From Candidatus Micrarchaeota archaeon (GTDB lineage: Archaea; B1Sed10-29): a DNA stretch of 21,768 bases. The stretch spans positions 1-21,768 of the forward strand of contig CAZOFO010000010.1 in the NCBI GenBank assembly GCA_964579265.1. The letters are read 5' to 3'. The position numbers were made by a program, and so were the translations under genes. Shown piece by piece: positions 8,670 to 17,027 of this stretch. Below the pieces are notes generated by a model. That model ran no database searches, had not been told where the DNA came from, and saw nothing but the letters and a program-made list of their open reading frames with translations. Position 1 is the stretch's first letter, and the number at the start of each line of letters is the position of its first letter.

Positions 8670-10982
8670 ATGAGATTTATAAATAATTTAGAAACAAAAT
8701 CCCAAGGAGCTCTTGAATATCTAATTATAATAGCCGCTGTTCTCGCTATAGCGGCTATAATAGTTGTTCTTTTAACAGGAGTTATGGGAGAAGGAAGAGA
8801 ATCAGCACTAGTAACAGACTCTAAAGATTCAGCTACAAGCTGTAATGAAGCTTTAGTCTCCAATATGGAAGATCCTGGAGAAAAAGTTTACGAAGGCATA
8901 TGTGGAGATATATGTGAAGGTGAATGGTTGGAAGAGGAAGCAGGAACAGTTACCGGAGAAGCCAGGGAAAAATTAATAGATATCGGGTATGATCCTCAGT
9001 TTGATGATAAAGTTGAAAGCGAATACTATCTTGTCAGAGGAGCATGCATGGCAGGAAAACCAGAATGGATAGTAGAGGGAGAACCAGAAGAATATGATCC
9101 AGAACCATCAGAATATGGACTAAAAATAAATATAGAAGGAGAAGGAGAAACGGAACCAGAAGAAGGAACCCACATCTATGAAGAAGGAGAAGAAGTAACG
9201 GTCACAGCTATACCTGAAGAAGGCTGGGAACTAGAAAGATTCAAAGGAGATTGCTCCGATGAAACATGCACACTAACAATGGATGAAGACAAAGAAATAA
9301 CAGCGGAATTCACAGAAGAAATAGAAAATCATACTCTAGAGATTAAAACAGAGGGAGAAGGAGAGATAGTAATGTACAAAGAAATTATCGAAACACCTTA
9401 CAAAGAAGAATTCCCCGAAGGAGAAGAAATAATTCTAAACTTTATTCCAGAAGAAACCTGGAATTTCAGCCACTGGTCAGGGGACTATCCGGAAGGTGAA
9501 CATGAAGAGATTGAATTAAAATTCGAAATAGAAGAAGACAAAGAAATAACAGCTCACTTTGAAAAAATCAACAAAACGGAGAACTATACCTTAGAAATTG
9601 AAATAGAAGGAGAGGGGATAACAGTTCCAGAAGCAGAAGAACACACCTATAGACAAGGAGAAAAAGTACTAGTGAGAGCCGAACCTGAAAACAACTGGAA
9701 ATTCAAAGAATGGGAAGGAGACCACGTAGGCATATCGGAAGAAATAACAATTCTAATGAACGAAGACAAAGAAATAACTGCCATATTCGAAGAAAAACCA
9801 GAATATAATCTAACTATAAACATTGAAGGAGAAGGATACACAGAACCAGAAGAAGGAACCCACATCTATGAAGAAGGAGAAGAAGTAACGGTCACAGCTA
9901 TACCTGAAGAAGGCTGGGAACTAGAAAGATTCAAAGGAGATTGCTCCGATGAAACATGCACACTAACAATGGATGAAGACAAAGAAATAACAGCGGAATT
10001 CACAGAAGAAATAGAAAATCATACTCTAGAGATTAAAACAGAGGGAGAAGGAGAGATAGTAATGTACAAAGAAATTATCGAAACACCTTACAAAGAAGAA
10101 TTCCCCGAAGGAGAAGAAATAATTCTAAACTTTATTCCAGAAGAAACCTGGAATTTCAGCCACTGGTCAGGGGACTATCCGGAAGGTGAACATGAAGAGA
10201 TTGAATTAAAATTCGAAATAGAAGAAGACAAAGAAATAACAGCTCACTTTGAAAAAATCAACAAAACGGAGAACTATACCTTAGAAATTGAAATAGAAGG
10301 AGAGGGGATAACAGTTCCAGAAGCAGAAGAACACACCTATAGACAAGGAGAAAAAGTACTAGTGAGAGCCGAACCTGAAAACAACTGGAAATTCAAAGAA
10401 TGGGAAGGAGACCACGTAGGCATATCGGAAGAAATAACAATTCTAATGAACGAAGACAAAGAAATAACTGCCATATTCGAAGAAAAACCAGAATATAATC
10501 TAACTATAAACATTGAAGGAGAAGGATACACAGAACCAGAAAAAGGAATACATACTTATCAGGAAAGAGAAGATATAATAATAAAAGCAACTCCACAAGA
10601 AAACTGGACTTTCAAAGAATGGACAGGAGACCACGAAAATATAGAAGAAGTAATTGAATTAACAATAAAAGAAGATATGGAGATAACAGCACACTTCGAA
10701 GAAGAAGAAGTCAAAGAGGATCCAGAAGAAGATCCAGAAGAAGATCCAATAGATCCGGAAGATCTAGAAGATCCTGAAGATCCTGAAGATCCAGAAGACG
10801 AACCAGTTTTAAAAACAATGCTAGTAATCCCGCTGATAATAATAATACTAATAATACTAGCACTCATATATGTATATAGAAAGAAAAGAAAGGATAATAA
10901 AGCACAAAGAAAACAGGATATCGAAAAACAAAGAAAAAAAGATATCAAAAAACAAGATGACAAAGAACAAACTAGTCAGTAA
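8670..10982 (+). CDS. Cell-surface protein: class III (type IV pilin-like) signal peptide, seven InlB B-repeat-like domains, acidic Asp-Pro-Glu linker, C-terminal transmembrane helix and basic tail
   Basis: KS|QGALEYLIIIAAVLAIAAIIVVLL at the N-terminus; seven units of about 75 aa (Y.L.I.IEGEG...W.F..W.GD...D.EITA.F); hydrophobic MLVIPLIIIILIILALIYVY followed by RKKRK. ATG 8670 is preferred over TTG 8661. Confidence 0.8.
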   Translation: MRFINNLETKSQGALEYLIIIAAVLAIAAIIVVLLTGVMGEGRESALVTDSKDSATSCNEALVSNMEDPGEKVYEGICGDICEGEWLEEEAGTVTGEAREKLIDIGYDPQFDDKVESEYYLVRGACMAGKPEWIVEGEPEEYDPEPSEYGLKINIEGEGETEPEEGTHIYEEGEEVTVTAIPEEGWELERFKGDCSDETCTLTMDEDKEITAEFTEEIENHTLEIKTEGEGEIVMYKEIIETPYKEEFPEGEEIILNFIPEETWNFSHWSGDYPEGEHEEIELKFEIEEDKEITAHFEKINKTENYTLEIEIEGEGITVPEAEEHTYRQGEKVLVRAEPENNWKFKEWEGDHVGISEEITILMNEDKEITAIFEEKPEYNLTINIEGEGYTEPEEGTHIYEEGEEVTVTAIPEEGWELERFKGDCSDETCTLTMDEDKEITAEFTEEIENHTLEIKTEGEGEIVMYKEIIETPYKEEFPEGEEIILNFIPEETWNFSHWSGDYPEGEHEEIELKFEIEEDKEITAHFEKINKTENYTLEIEIEGEGITVPEAEEHTYRQGEKVLVRAEPENNWKFKEWEGDHVGISEEITILMNEDKEITAIFEEKPEYNLTINIEGEGYTEPEKGIHTYQEREDIIIKATPQENWTFKEWTGDHENIEEVIELTIKEDMEITAHFEEEEVKEDPEEDPEEDPIDPEDLEDPEDPEDPEDEPVLKTMLVIPLIIIILIILALIYVYRKKRKDNKAQRKQDIEKQRKKDIKKQDDKEQTSQ
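9153..10541 (+). repeat. Perfect intragenic tandem duplication, period 690 bp (230 aa, three domains)
   Basis: Line-by-line comparison: 9153-9851 is identical to 9843-10541, with mismatches at 9152/9842 and 9852/10542 bounding the match. Confidence 0.95.
10716..10805 (+). repeat. Short coding tandem repeats (GAAGATCCW-like units) encoding an EDP/EDPE acidic linker
   Basis: Translates as EDPEEDPEEDPIDPEDLEDPEDPEDPEDEP, just before the transmembrane helix. Confidence 0.85.
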
Positions 10983-11391
10983 CTATAACAGTTCTTATTT
11001 CCTGAACACCTTTAAGACTACCTATATCTCTTTCAGAGAGTCTTTTTAATTCATCTAATCCTTTACAAGCAGATTCTATCACTAAATCATATTCCCCAAT
11101 AGTTTTATCTATTCCAAGTATTCTCTTATCGTTTTTAAAATCATCTTGGATTCGGTTCATAGTCTCAGGAGAACATTTAATAAGAAGATAACCGTGCATT
11201 GGCCTACCCATCTTCTTATAATTTATATTAACAGTAAAATTATCAATAACTCCATTTTCATCGAGTTTACTTATCCTCTTCTTAGCAGCAACATCCGTTA
11301 CATCAATCTTCTCCCCTAACTCCGTGTAGCTAATTCTACCATTATCCTCGAGCACTTCAAGTATCTTCCTATCCTTTTCATCTAAATCCAT
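10972..11391 (-). CDS. Lrp/AsnC family transcriptional regulator
   Basis: MDLDEKDRKILEVL...GRISYTELGEKI helix-turn-helix, RI.KL.ENGVI and a C-terminal RAM domain with GEYDLVI. Its 3' end overlaps the surface-protein gene by 11 bp. Confidence 0.93.
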   Translation of the reverse strand: MDLDEKDRKILEVLEDNGRISYTELGEKIDVTDVAAKKRISKLDENGVIDNFTVNINYKKMGRPMHGYLLIKCSPETMNRIQDDFKNDKRILGIDKTIGEYDLVIESACKGLDELKRLSERDIGSLKGVQEIRTVIVTD

Positions 11392-11471
11392 AAAGATCTA
11401 ACCCTTCGTCAAAAATCATTATCAACAGGTTCTTACCACTCTAATATATTAGGAACTCATTAAATAAATCA

Positions 11472-13292
11472 ATGTCCCAAAAAATATCTACAAATACGGT
11501 CCTTAAAAAATGCCAAAAAGCAGGTATAAATTTCTGGCTCTCCGCAAAAGCCGCAATAGATCTAGAAGAAAAACTAGAAGAAAAAGAAGGAAAAAAAGAA
11601 GAAATAAAAATAAGCGAAGAAGAACTAAATAGGGAAATACACAGTACTCTAGAAAAATACAACAAAGAAGCTGCAGAAAGATTCAGAAGCTACCACTCAA
11701 TATCAGTTAGAACAACTGACGGAGAACTACAGCCTTTTGATAAAAATAAAATAATAGATTCCTTACTAAAAGAAACTAAAGTACCTAGAAGAACAGCAAA
11801 AGAAATCTCAGACGAAATAAGTGAAGATATAAGAAGACTACAACTTCACAACATATCCAGCTCACTAATAAGAGAAATGGTTAACACTAAATTGCTTCAA
11901 AGAAGACAGATAGAAGAAAAAAGACAATACACTCGAATAGGAATACCTATCCACGATGCAAAACAGATAATAACCAAAGAAAAAACCACAAACCCAGTAC
12001 AGATACAGGAAAAATTCTCAAACAAAATACTTGAAGAATACACTCTAAACCAATCACTCCCAAAGGAACTAAGCCAAGAACACCTAAAAGGCAAGATATA
12101 CATACACAGCCTATCAGGATTCATAACATCACCCGAATCAATAGAAAACGACCTCTACAAACTATACAAAGAAGGACTTAACATCCCAGGAATCGTAGAG
12201 ACAGGACCTGCTAAAAAACCTGAAGTTGCAGCATCCCATGCGGCTAGAAACCTACTAACCAGCAGCCAATACACATCAGAAGGTGTTTCAATAAACTCAT
12301 TCAATTTCTACATAGCTCCATACCTCGAAGAAAAGAACTTAGAACAAATAGAACAAGTAGCTCAGACATTCCTCTACGAACTCAACCAATTAAGCAGTGG
12401 AACAAAAAACATAACTGTAAACCTAGATACAAATATCCCGCACCACTTAAAAGAAAAAGAAGCAGTTAAAAAAGGAGAAAAACTAGGAATAGAATACAAA
12501 GAATACAAAGAAGAAGCAGAAAAATTCTTAAAAGAATTCATAAAAGTATACAAAGAAGGAGATTACCAAGGAAATAGATTCAAAACACCGAAACTATCAA
12601 TAAAATACCGGGAAGATCCAGAAGAAAAAATAGGAAATCTAGAAGAAATACCAGGACCTCTATACCTAGTAAAACAGGAAGAAAAAAACAGCAGAAAAGA
12701 AAAAGCCACTCTAGAACAACAAACACTAACCAACAGACACAAAAAAAGAGGAATAATCCAAACCGTGTCCCTAAACCTACCTTCCTACCCAACAGAAAAA
12801 GAATCAAGACTATACAGAGAAATTAGAAAACAAGTTAATACTGTTGAACAAATAATAAAGAAAAAGAAAGAAAATCTATCCTCCAGGAAAGAAGAACTAC
12901 AGTTCCTAGAAGAAAATCATACAAACCCTGAAAAACTACCTGGACATATATCCATATATGGTTTAATAAGAACCGCAAAAAACATATTAGGAGAAAAAGA
13001 ACACTCAACCCTAAACAGTTCCACTATACACCAATCAAAGAAAATAATTAGAGAAATAAAAAAACAGATAAACAAAAAAGAAGTAGAAATGAAAATAAGC
13101 CAAAAACCAAACCAAAAAACCACTGAAAGATTCAAAAAAGAAGAAAAAACACTCTTGAGACTAAGTAAGGATCCAAGAAAAGAACTAAATGAGATAAAAA
13201 AATATCTAAACGGAGGAACATTTCTTGAAACGGATAATAAAAATCTATTAAAACAAGGACACAACGACATAAAATTAACCACTAATCTCTAA
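11472..13292 (+). CDS. Class III (anaerobic) ribonucleotide reductase NrdD-like protein with ATP-cone(s), predicted catalytically inactive
   Basis: ATP-cone VRTTDGELQPFDKNKI...LIREMVN.KL, preceded by a degenerate cone-like segment. NrdD-like blocks: H.KG.IYIHSL, GPAKK, FNFYIAPY, QVAQTFLYELNQ, GDYQGNRFKTP, G.IQTVSLNLP, ISIYGL, LNGG. There is no Cys after residue 14 and no C-terminal Zn/glycyl-radical domain. Confidence 0.78.
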   Translation: MSQKISTNTVLKKCQKAGINFWLSAKAAIDLEEKLEEKEGKKEEIKISEEELNREIHSTLEKYNKEAAERFRSYHSISVRTTDGELQPFDKNKIIDSLLKETKVPRRTAKEISDEISEDIRRLQLHNISSSLIREMVNTKLLQRRQIEEKRQYTRIGIPIHDAKQIITKEKTTNPVQIQEKFSNKILEEYTLNQSLPKELSQEHLKGKIYIHSLSGFITSPESIENDLYKLYKEGLNIPGIVETGPAKKPEVAASHAARNLLTSSQYTSEGVSINSFNFYIAPYLEEKNLEQIEQVAQTFLYELNQLSSGTKNITVNLDTNIPHHLKEKEAVKKGEKLGIEYKEYKEEAEKFLKEFIKVYKEGDYQGNRFKTPKLSIKYREDPEEKIGNLEEIPGPLYLVKQEEKNSRKEKATLEQQTLTNRHKKRGIIQTVSLNLPSYPTEKESRLYREIRKQVNTVEQIIKKKKENLSSRKEELQFLEENHTNPEKLPGHISIYGLIRTAKNILGEKEHSTLNSSTIHQSKKIIREIKKQINKKEVEMKISQKPNQKTTERFKKEEKTLLRLSKDPRKELNEIKKYLNGGTFLETDNKNLLKQGHNDIKLTTNL

Positions 13293-13362
13293 AAACAAAA
13301 AAATAAAACCCAACCCCCATTGATATAAATTAAAAATGATTAAAGATAAATTCAGAAACAAA

Positions 13363-13905
13363 ATGACCCATAGAATATTCACTGCAATCAGGATAAAACC
13401 CAATCAAGAAATAAGAAATTTAATAAAATACCTATCAAAATTCAACTCAACCAAAACCGTTGAACCAGAAAACCTACACCTCAATCTCAAGTTTTTAGGA
13501 GAAGTAAAAGAAAGAGAACTAGAAAAAGCAAAAAAAGCAATAAAAAAACTAAGGGGATTCGGAGAATTCAAAGCAGAATTAAGCGGAACAGGAGCATTTC
13601 CCAATAAAGAATATATAAAAGTAATCTGGATAGGTGTAAAAACAAAAGAACAAGAGATAAACAAACTAGCAAGAAAAACCGAAAAAATATACATAGACAA
13701 AGAATTTCAAAAAAGAGACAAAGAATACAAACCACACATAACAGTAGCCAGAGTAAAAACAAAACCAGACAAAAAAATAAGAGAAGTATTCGATAAATAC
13801 GATAAGACCTACAAAGAAATCAAAATAGATGAAGTAGAACTAATAGAAAGCGAATTAACCAAAAAAGGCCCAATATACAAAACCATAGAAAAGGTAAAAC
13901 TATGA
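13363..13905 (+). CDS. thpR: RNA 2',3'-cyclic phosphodiesterase (2H family, 2'-5' RNA ligase)
   Basis: RIFTAI, ENLHLNLKFLGEV, GAFPN, VIWIGV, YKPHITVARVK and LIESELTKKGPIY motifs. An alternative ATG lies at 13336. Confidence 0.92.
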   Translation: MTHRIFTAIRIKPNQEIRNLIKYLSKFNSTKTVEPENLHLNLKFLGEVKERELEKAKKAIKKLRGFGEFKAELSGTGAFPNKEYIKVIWIGVKTKEQEINKLARKTEKIYIDKEFQKRDKEYKPHITVARVKTKPDKKIREVFDKYDKTYKEIKIDEVELIESELTKKGPIYKTIEKVKL

Positions 13906-15668
13906 GAACCGTAAAAAACGTAGATCTGAACAAAAAGATTAAAAATACCTCAATAATTATAGGAACTCTCCTAATCCTCTCATCTATAGGGATAAGCATC
14001 AACCTAGTAGGAGAATATGAAGGAAAACACGTGATATACACGGAAGACTACACCGCCCAAGTACCAATGCAACCAAGAAACGCAGTGGACCTAGCTAGAA
14101 TGACAACTATAAACAACAAATTCGATCTCGACCTCATACCTGCAATCAGAACAGAAGGAGAAGAATATAGATTCGTACCCCCAGAAGGCCAAGAACTAGT
14201 CCTAGAAGAAGGAAGAGAAGAATACATAATAGAATTTGAGGGAGGAACAGACCAATTAAGAGCAACTAACAGAATAGAAATAAAACAAGAAGAAATACAC
14301 GTAGAGACCACTGTAGAAAATATTGGTGAAACAAAGGAATTCGAAATAATCTACAGAGCAAAAGGACCACAAGACACCAAAATATTCTATCCTAATGCTA
14401 TTGACGAGGGAACAAACAACTACATAGTTCTAACGAACCAAAACCATAAAGGAAACTCCTTAGGAATAGTTACAAACACTATAATGACTGGAGAGGAACC
14501 CTTCCAAAACAAATCAGAAGAAGAGATAGCAAAAGTAATTGAAATTGAACCAGGAGACACAGAAACTCTTGAAGCAACCTACAAACCAATGAATATCTGG
14601 ACAGAGATACACGATTTAGAATTCTCCCCTGAATATGCAGCCTTCCTAGAAAACCCTCTATTAAACACTAGTGGAGAACTAGATATAGAGATAACAGAAG
14701 AAGAACCAGGTCGAAGAACTGAAGAAATGCTATCAAAACTATCTACTGAAAAACAAGCTTCAGAAAACGTTGAGTTTGAAGAACTATATGATGTAGATAT
14801 GGAAGAAAGCGAAATGAATAGTTTAGAAGCTACTATGATGTACAAAGAACTATGTATACAAGAAGAGATTCCCTGTAAAATAATGATAGGAGGAGGACCA
14901 GAATCAAAATTTGCATGGATAAAAAAACTCGAAGGAGATGAATGGATAGACGTAAATCCTCTAGAAGGAACAAGGTCGGTACCCGCTTACCAAGTAATAT
15001 ACGAAGAACCAACTCCAAGTTACGTGGAAGTAGAAGGAGACACACCTGCAGGAGAACCCTATCTAGAAGCAACAGAAGAATATCTAATAGAAGGAATCGG
15101 AACATTAATACTCCTAGCAGTAACAGCAGTAGCAACCCTCATCGTATTTGTATTCCTCTTTGTAAAATCAGATTACCTTATTGAAAAACTGACTCCTAAA
15201 GAAACCGAAAATAAAAACCAGGAAGAACCCATAAACGGGAAATACACATTAGTTTCTGAAAAAGAAGACATAGAAGACCGAACAGTAATACCGATTTTCG
15301 AAAAAATAAAAGAAGAAAATGGAAAAGTAGACACAGAAAAATACTCAGAAGAAACAAAATATTCTGAAAAACTAATAGAACACTATATAGATTACTTAAG
15401 AAGAGAAGGACATATAAAAATGGAAGAACCAAAACCAAAAAATCAAAAAACAGCTAAATTTGAACAAATAGAGATATCAAAATCAAAAAAACAAAAGAAG
15501 AAGGATGAAAAGAATAAAAAAAGGCAAATAACACCATCATTTATCAAATCCAAAAAACTAGAAGAAATATCTCAAAAAATAGGAGTAACAAAAACACAGC
15601 TTCTCCTGATAATAATGGTTGTTCTAGCAGGAATAATTTCCCTTGCAGTTTTCTTAATCCTGCTATGA
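13902..15668 (+). CDS. Hypothetical membrane protein: N-terminal signal/TM, acidic extracellular region with a degenerate transglutaminase-like domain, TM, winged-helix-like cytoplasmic domain, C-terminal TM
   Basis: Three hydrophobic segments (IIIGTLLILSSIGISINLV; IGTLILLAVTAVATLIVFVFLFV; LLLIIMVVLAGIISLAVFLILL) and an IPCKIMIG...FAW.......WIDVNP pattern. The start overlaps the thpR stop (ATGA). Confidence 0.65.
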   Translation: MRTVKNVDLNKKIKNTSIIIGTLLILSSIGISINLVGEYEGKHVIYTEDYTAQVPMQPRNAVDLARMTTINNKFDLDLIPAIRTEGEEYRFVPPEGQELVLEEGREEYIIEFEGGTDQLRATNRIEIKQEEIHVETTVENIGETKEFEIIYRAKGPQDTKIFYPNAIDEGTNNYIVLTNQNHKGNSLGIVTNTIMTGEEPFQNKSEEEIAKVIEIEPGDTETLEATYKPMNIWTEIHDLEFSPEYAAFLENPLLNTSGELDIEITEEEPGRRTEEMLSKLSTEKQASENVEFEELYDVDMEESEMNSLEATMMYKELCIQEEIPCKIMIGGGPESKFAWIKKLEGDEWIDVNPLEGTRSVPAYQVIYEEPTPSYVEVEGDTPAGEPYLEATEEYLIEGIGTLILLAVTAVATLIVFVFLFVKSDYLIEKLTPKETENKNQEEPINGKYTLVSEKEDIEDRTVIPIFEKIKEENGKVDTEKYSEETKYSEKLIEHYIDYLRREGHIKMEEPKPKNQKTAKFEQIEISKSKKQKKKDEKNKKRQITPSFIKSKKLEEISQKIGVTKTQLLLIIMVVLAGIISLAVFLILL

Positions 15669-15690
15669 AACCAATAACTAAAGGATCCAA

Positions 15691-17013
15691 ATGTTCCCAG
15701 AAATAAAAAAAGAACTCGAATCAACACCTGAACTAGAGGAAAAATTAAAGAATATAAAAAAAGAAATAATCAAAGAAATAGAAAAACAAGGTTACAACGC
15801 CGTACCTGTAGGTTCAACCGAAAGAGGAACCTATTTACCTACAGAAGAAGATATAGATATAGACATATTCTTCTACTTTCCAAAAGAAGCTACTGAAAAA
15901 GAATTAGAAGAAAAAGGAGTAGAAGTAGGGAAAAAAGCTCTAAAAAAATACCAACCCACCACTCATTACGCCGAACACCCGTACGTAAAAGCAGAAATAC
16001 AAAAAATAGATATCGATGTAGTCCCATGCCACAACCCAGAGACCTACATGGAAAACACTGAAAAACCAAAACTAAAACAAGAAACAAAATCATCAGTTGA
16101 CAGAACACCACTACACAACAAGTACCTGAAACAAAATCTAAAAGAGAAACACAAACCAGAAATAAAACTCCTGAAAAAATACCTTAAAAACATACGCTGT
16201 TACGGAGCAAACGAAAAAACAAAAGGATTCTCAGGCTACACAACCGAACTACTTATCCTAAAATACGGCACATTCAAAAAAACACTAGAAAAAGCATCAG
16301 AATGGGAAAGAAACCACAAAATAGACATAGAAAAACACGGCAAAAAACAATTCAAAGACCCATTAATAATAATAGACCCAGTTGATCCCGAAAGAAATGC
16401 CGCATCAGCCCTATCAGAAGAAAAACTAGGTAGATTCATCATAAAATCCAGAGAACTATTAAAAAACCCTACAAAAGAAACATATAAAGATAAAGAAAAA
16501 TCAAAAAACCTGGAAATAGAAGGAAAAAACCTTATACTAATAGAAATACCCTATCCAGAAGAAACAGTGGCGGAAATAGGATGGAGCCAGCTCAAAAAAC
16601 TAGAAAAAACCCTTAAAACAAACCTGGAAAAACAAGAATACGAAATATATAGATCCGAACACTGGACAAATGAAAAAACAAAAGCACAAATCCTCCTCGA
16701 AGCAAGAAATACAAAGCTACCAAAATACAGAAAACACATGGGACCACCATTCTACAACAAAAAACACTCAAAAAAATTCCTGGAAAAAAACCAGGAAAAA
16801 CCAAACAATATACATATCCAAGGGAAGAGACTATACGCATCCAAAAAAAGAAAAAACACCAAAATAGAAAAAGCCATTAAAGAACTATTCAAAGAAAAAA
16901 AAGAAGAAATACCATCTAGATACAGAGAAAAAATAGAAAAAGCAACAATAACCCAAGATAAAGAAAAAATAAAAAACCAAAAAGAAATAATCAAAAAATA
17001 CTTCAGAATATAA
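15691..17013 (+). CDS. cca: CCA-adding enzyme (archaeal class I tRNA nucleotidyltransferase)
   Basis: VGSTERGTYL...DIDIF, YAEHPYV, VDRTPLH, GFSGY..ELLILKYG.F, DPVDPERNAASAL and H.GPP motifs. Confidence 0.96.
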   Translation: MFPEIKKELESTPELEEKLKNIKKEIIKEIEKQGYNAVPVGSTERGTYLPTEEDIDIDIFFYFPKEATEKELEEKGVEVGKKALKKYQPTTHYAEHPYVKAEIQKIDIDVVPCHNPETYMENTEKPKLKQETKSSVDRTPLHNKYLKQNLKEKHKPEIKLLKKYLKNIRCYGANEKTKGFSGYTTELLILKYGTFKKTLEKASEWERNHKIDIEKHGKKQFKDPLIIIDPVDPERNAASALSEEKLGRFIIKSRELLKNPTKETYKDKEKSKNLEIEGKNLILIEIPYPEETVAEIGWSQLKKLEKTLKTNLEKQEYEIYRSEHWTNEKTKAQILLEARNTKLPKYRKHMGPPFYNKKHSKKFLEKNQEKPNNIHIQGKRLYASKKRKNTKIEKAIKELFKEKKEEIPSRYREKIEKATITQDKEKIKNQKEIIKKYFRI

Positions 17014-17027
17014 AACTTAGGATAAAA

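Noticed and set aside
9153..10805. Repeats as a possible CRISPR array or mobile element
   Set aside because: They are in-frame coding repeats with no repeat-spacer alternation, terminal inverted repeats, cas gene or transposase.
8526..10982. tRNA-Arg as the integration site of an island carrying the surface protein
   Set aside because: No integrase and no downstream duplicate of the tRNA 3' end were seen. The only match noticed (TTCAAATCCC at 3481-3490) is 10 bp, lies upstream and is plausible by chance.
11458..11474. CATTAAATA shared between the surface-protein and NrdD-like upstream regions as a common operator
   Set aside because: It is only 9 bp of AT-rich identity, at different distances from the start codons, which is insufficient support.
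13293..13362. Missing NrdD glycyl-radical domain hidden by a frameshift
   Set aside because: The gap before thpR is at most 70 bp and shows no CxxC or R.xGY coding potential.
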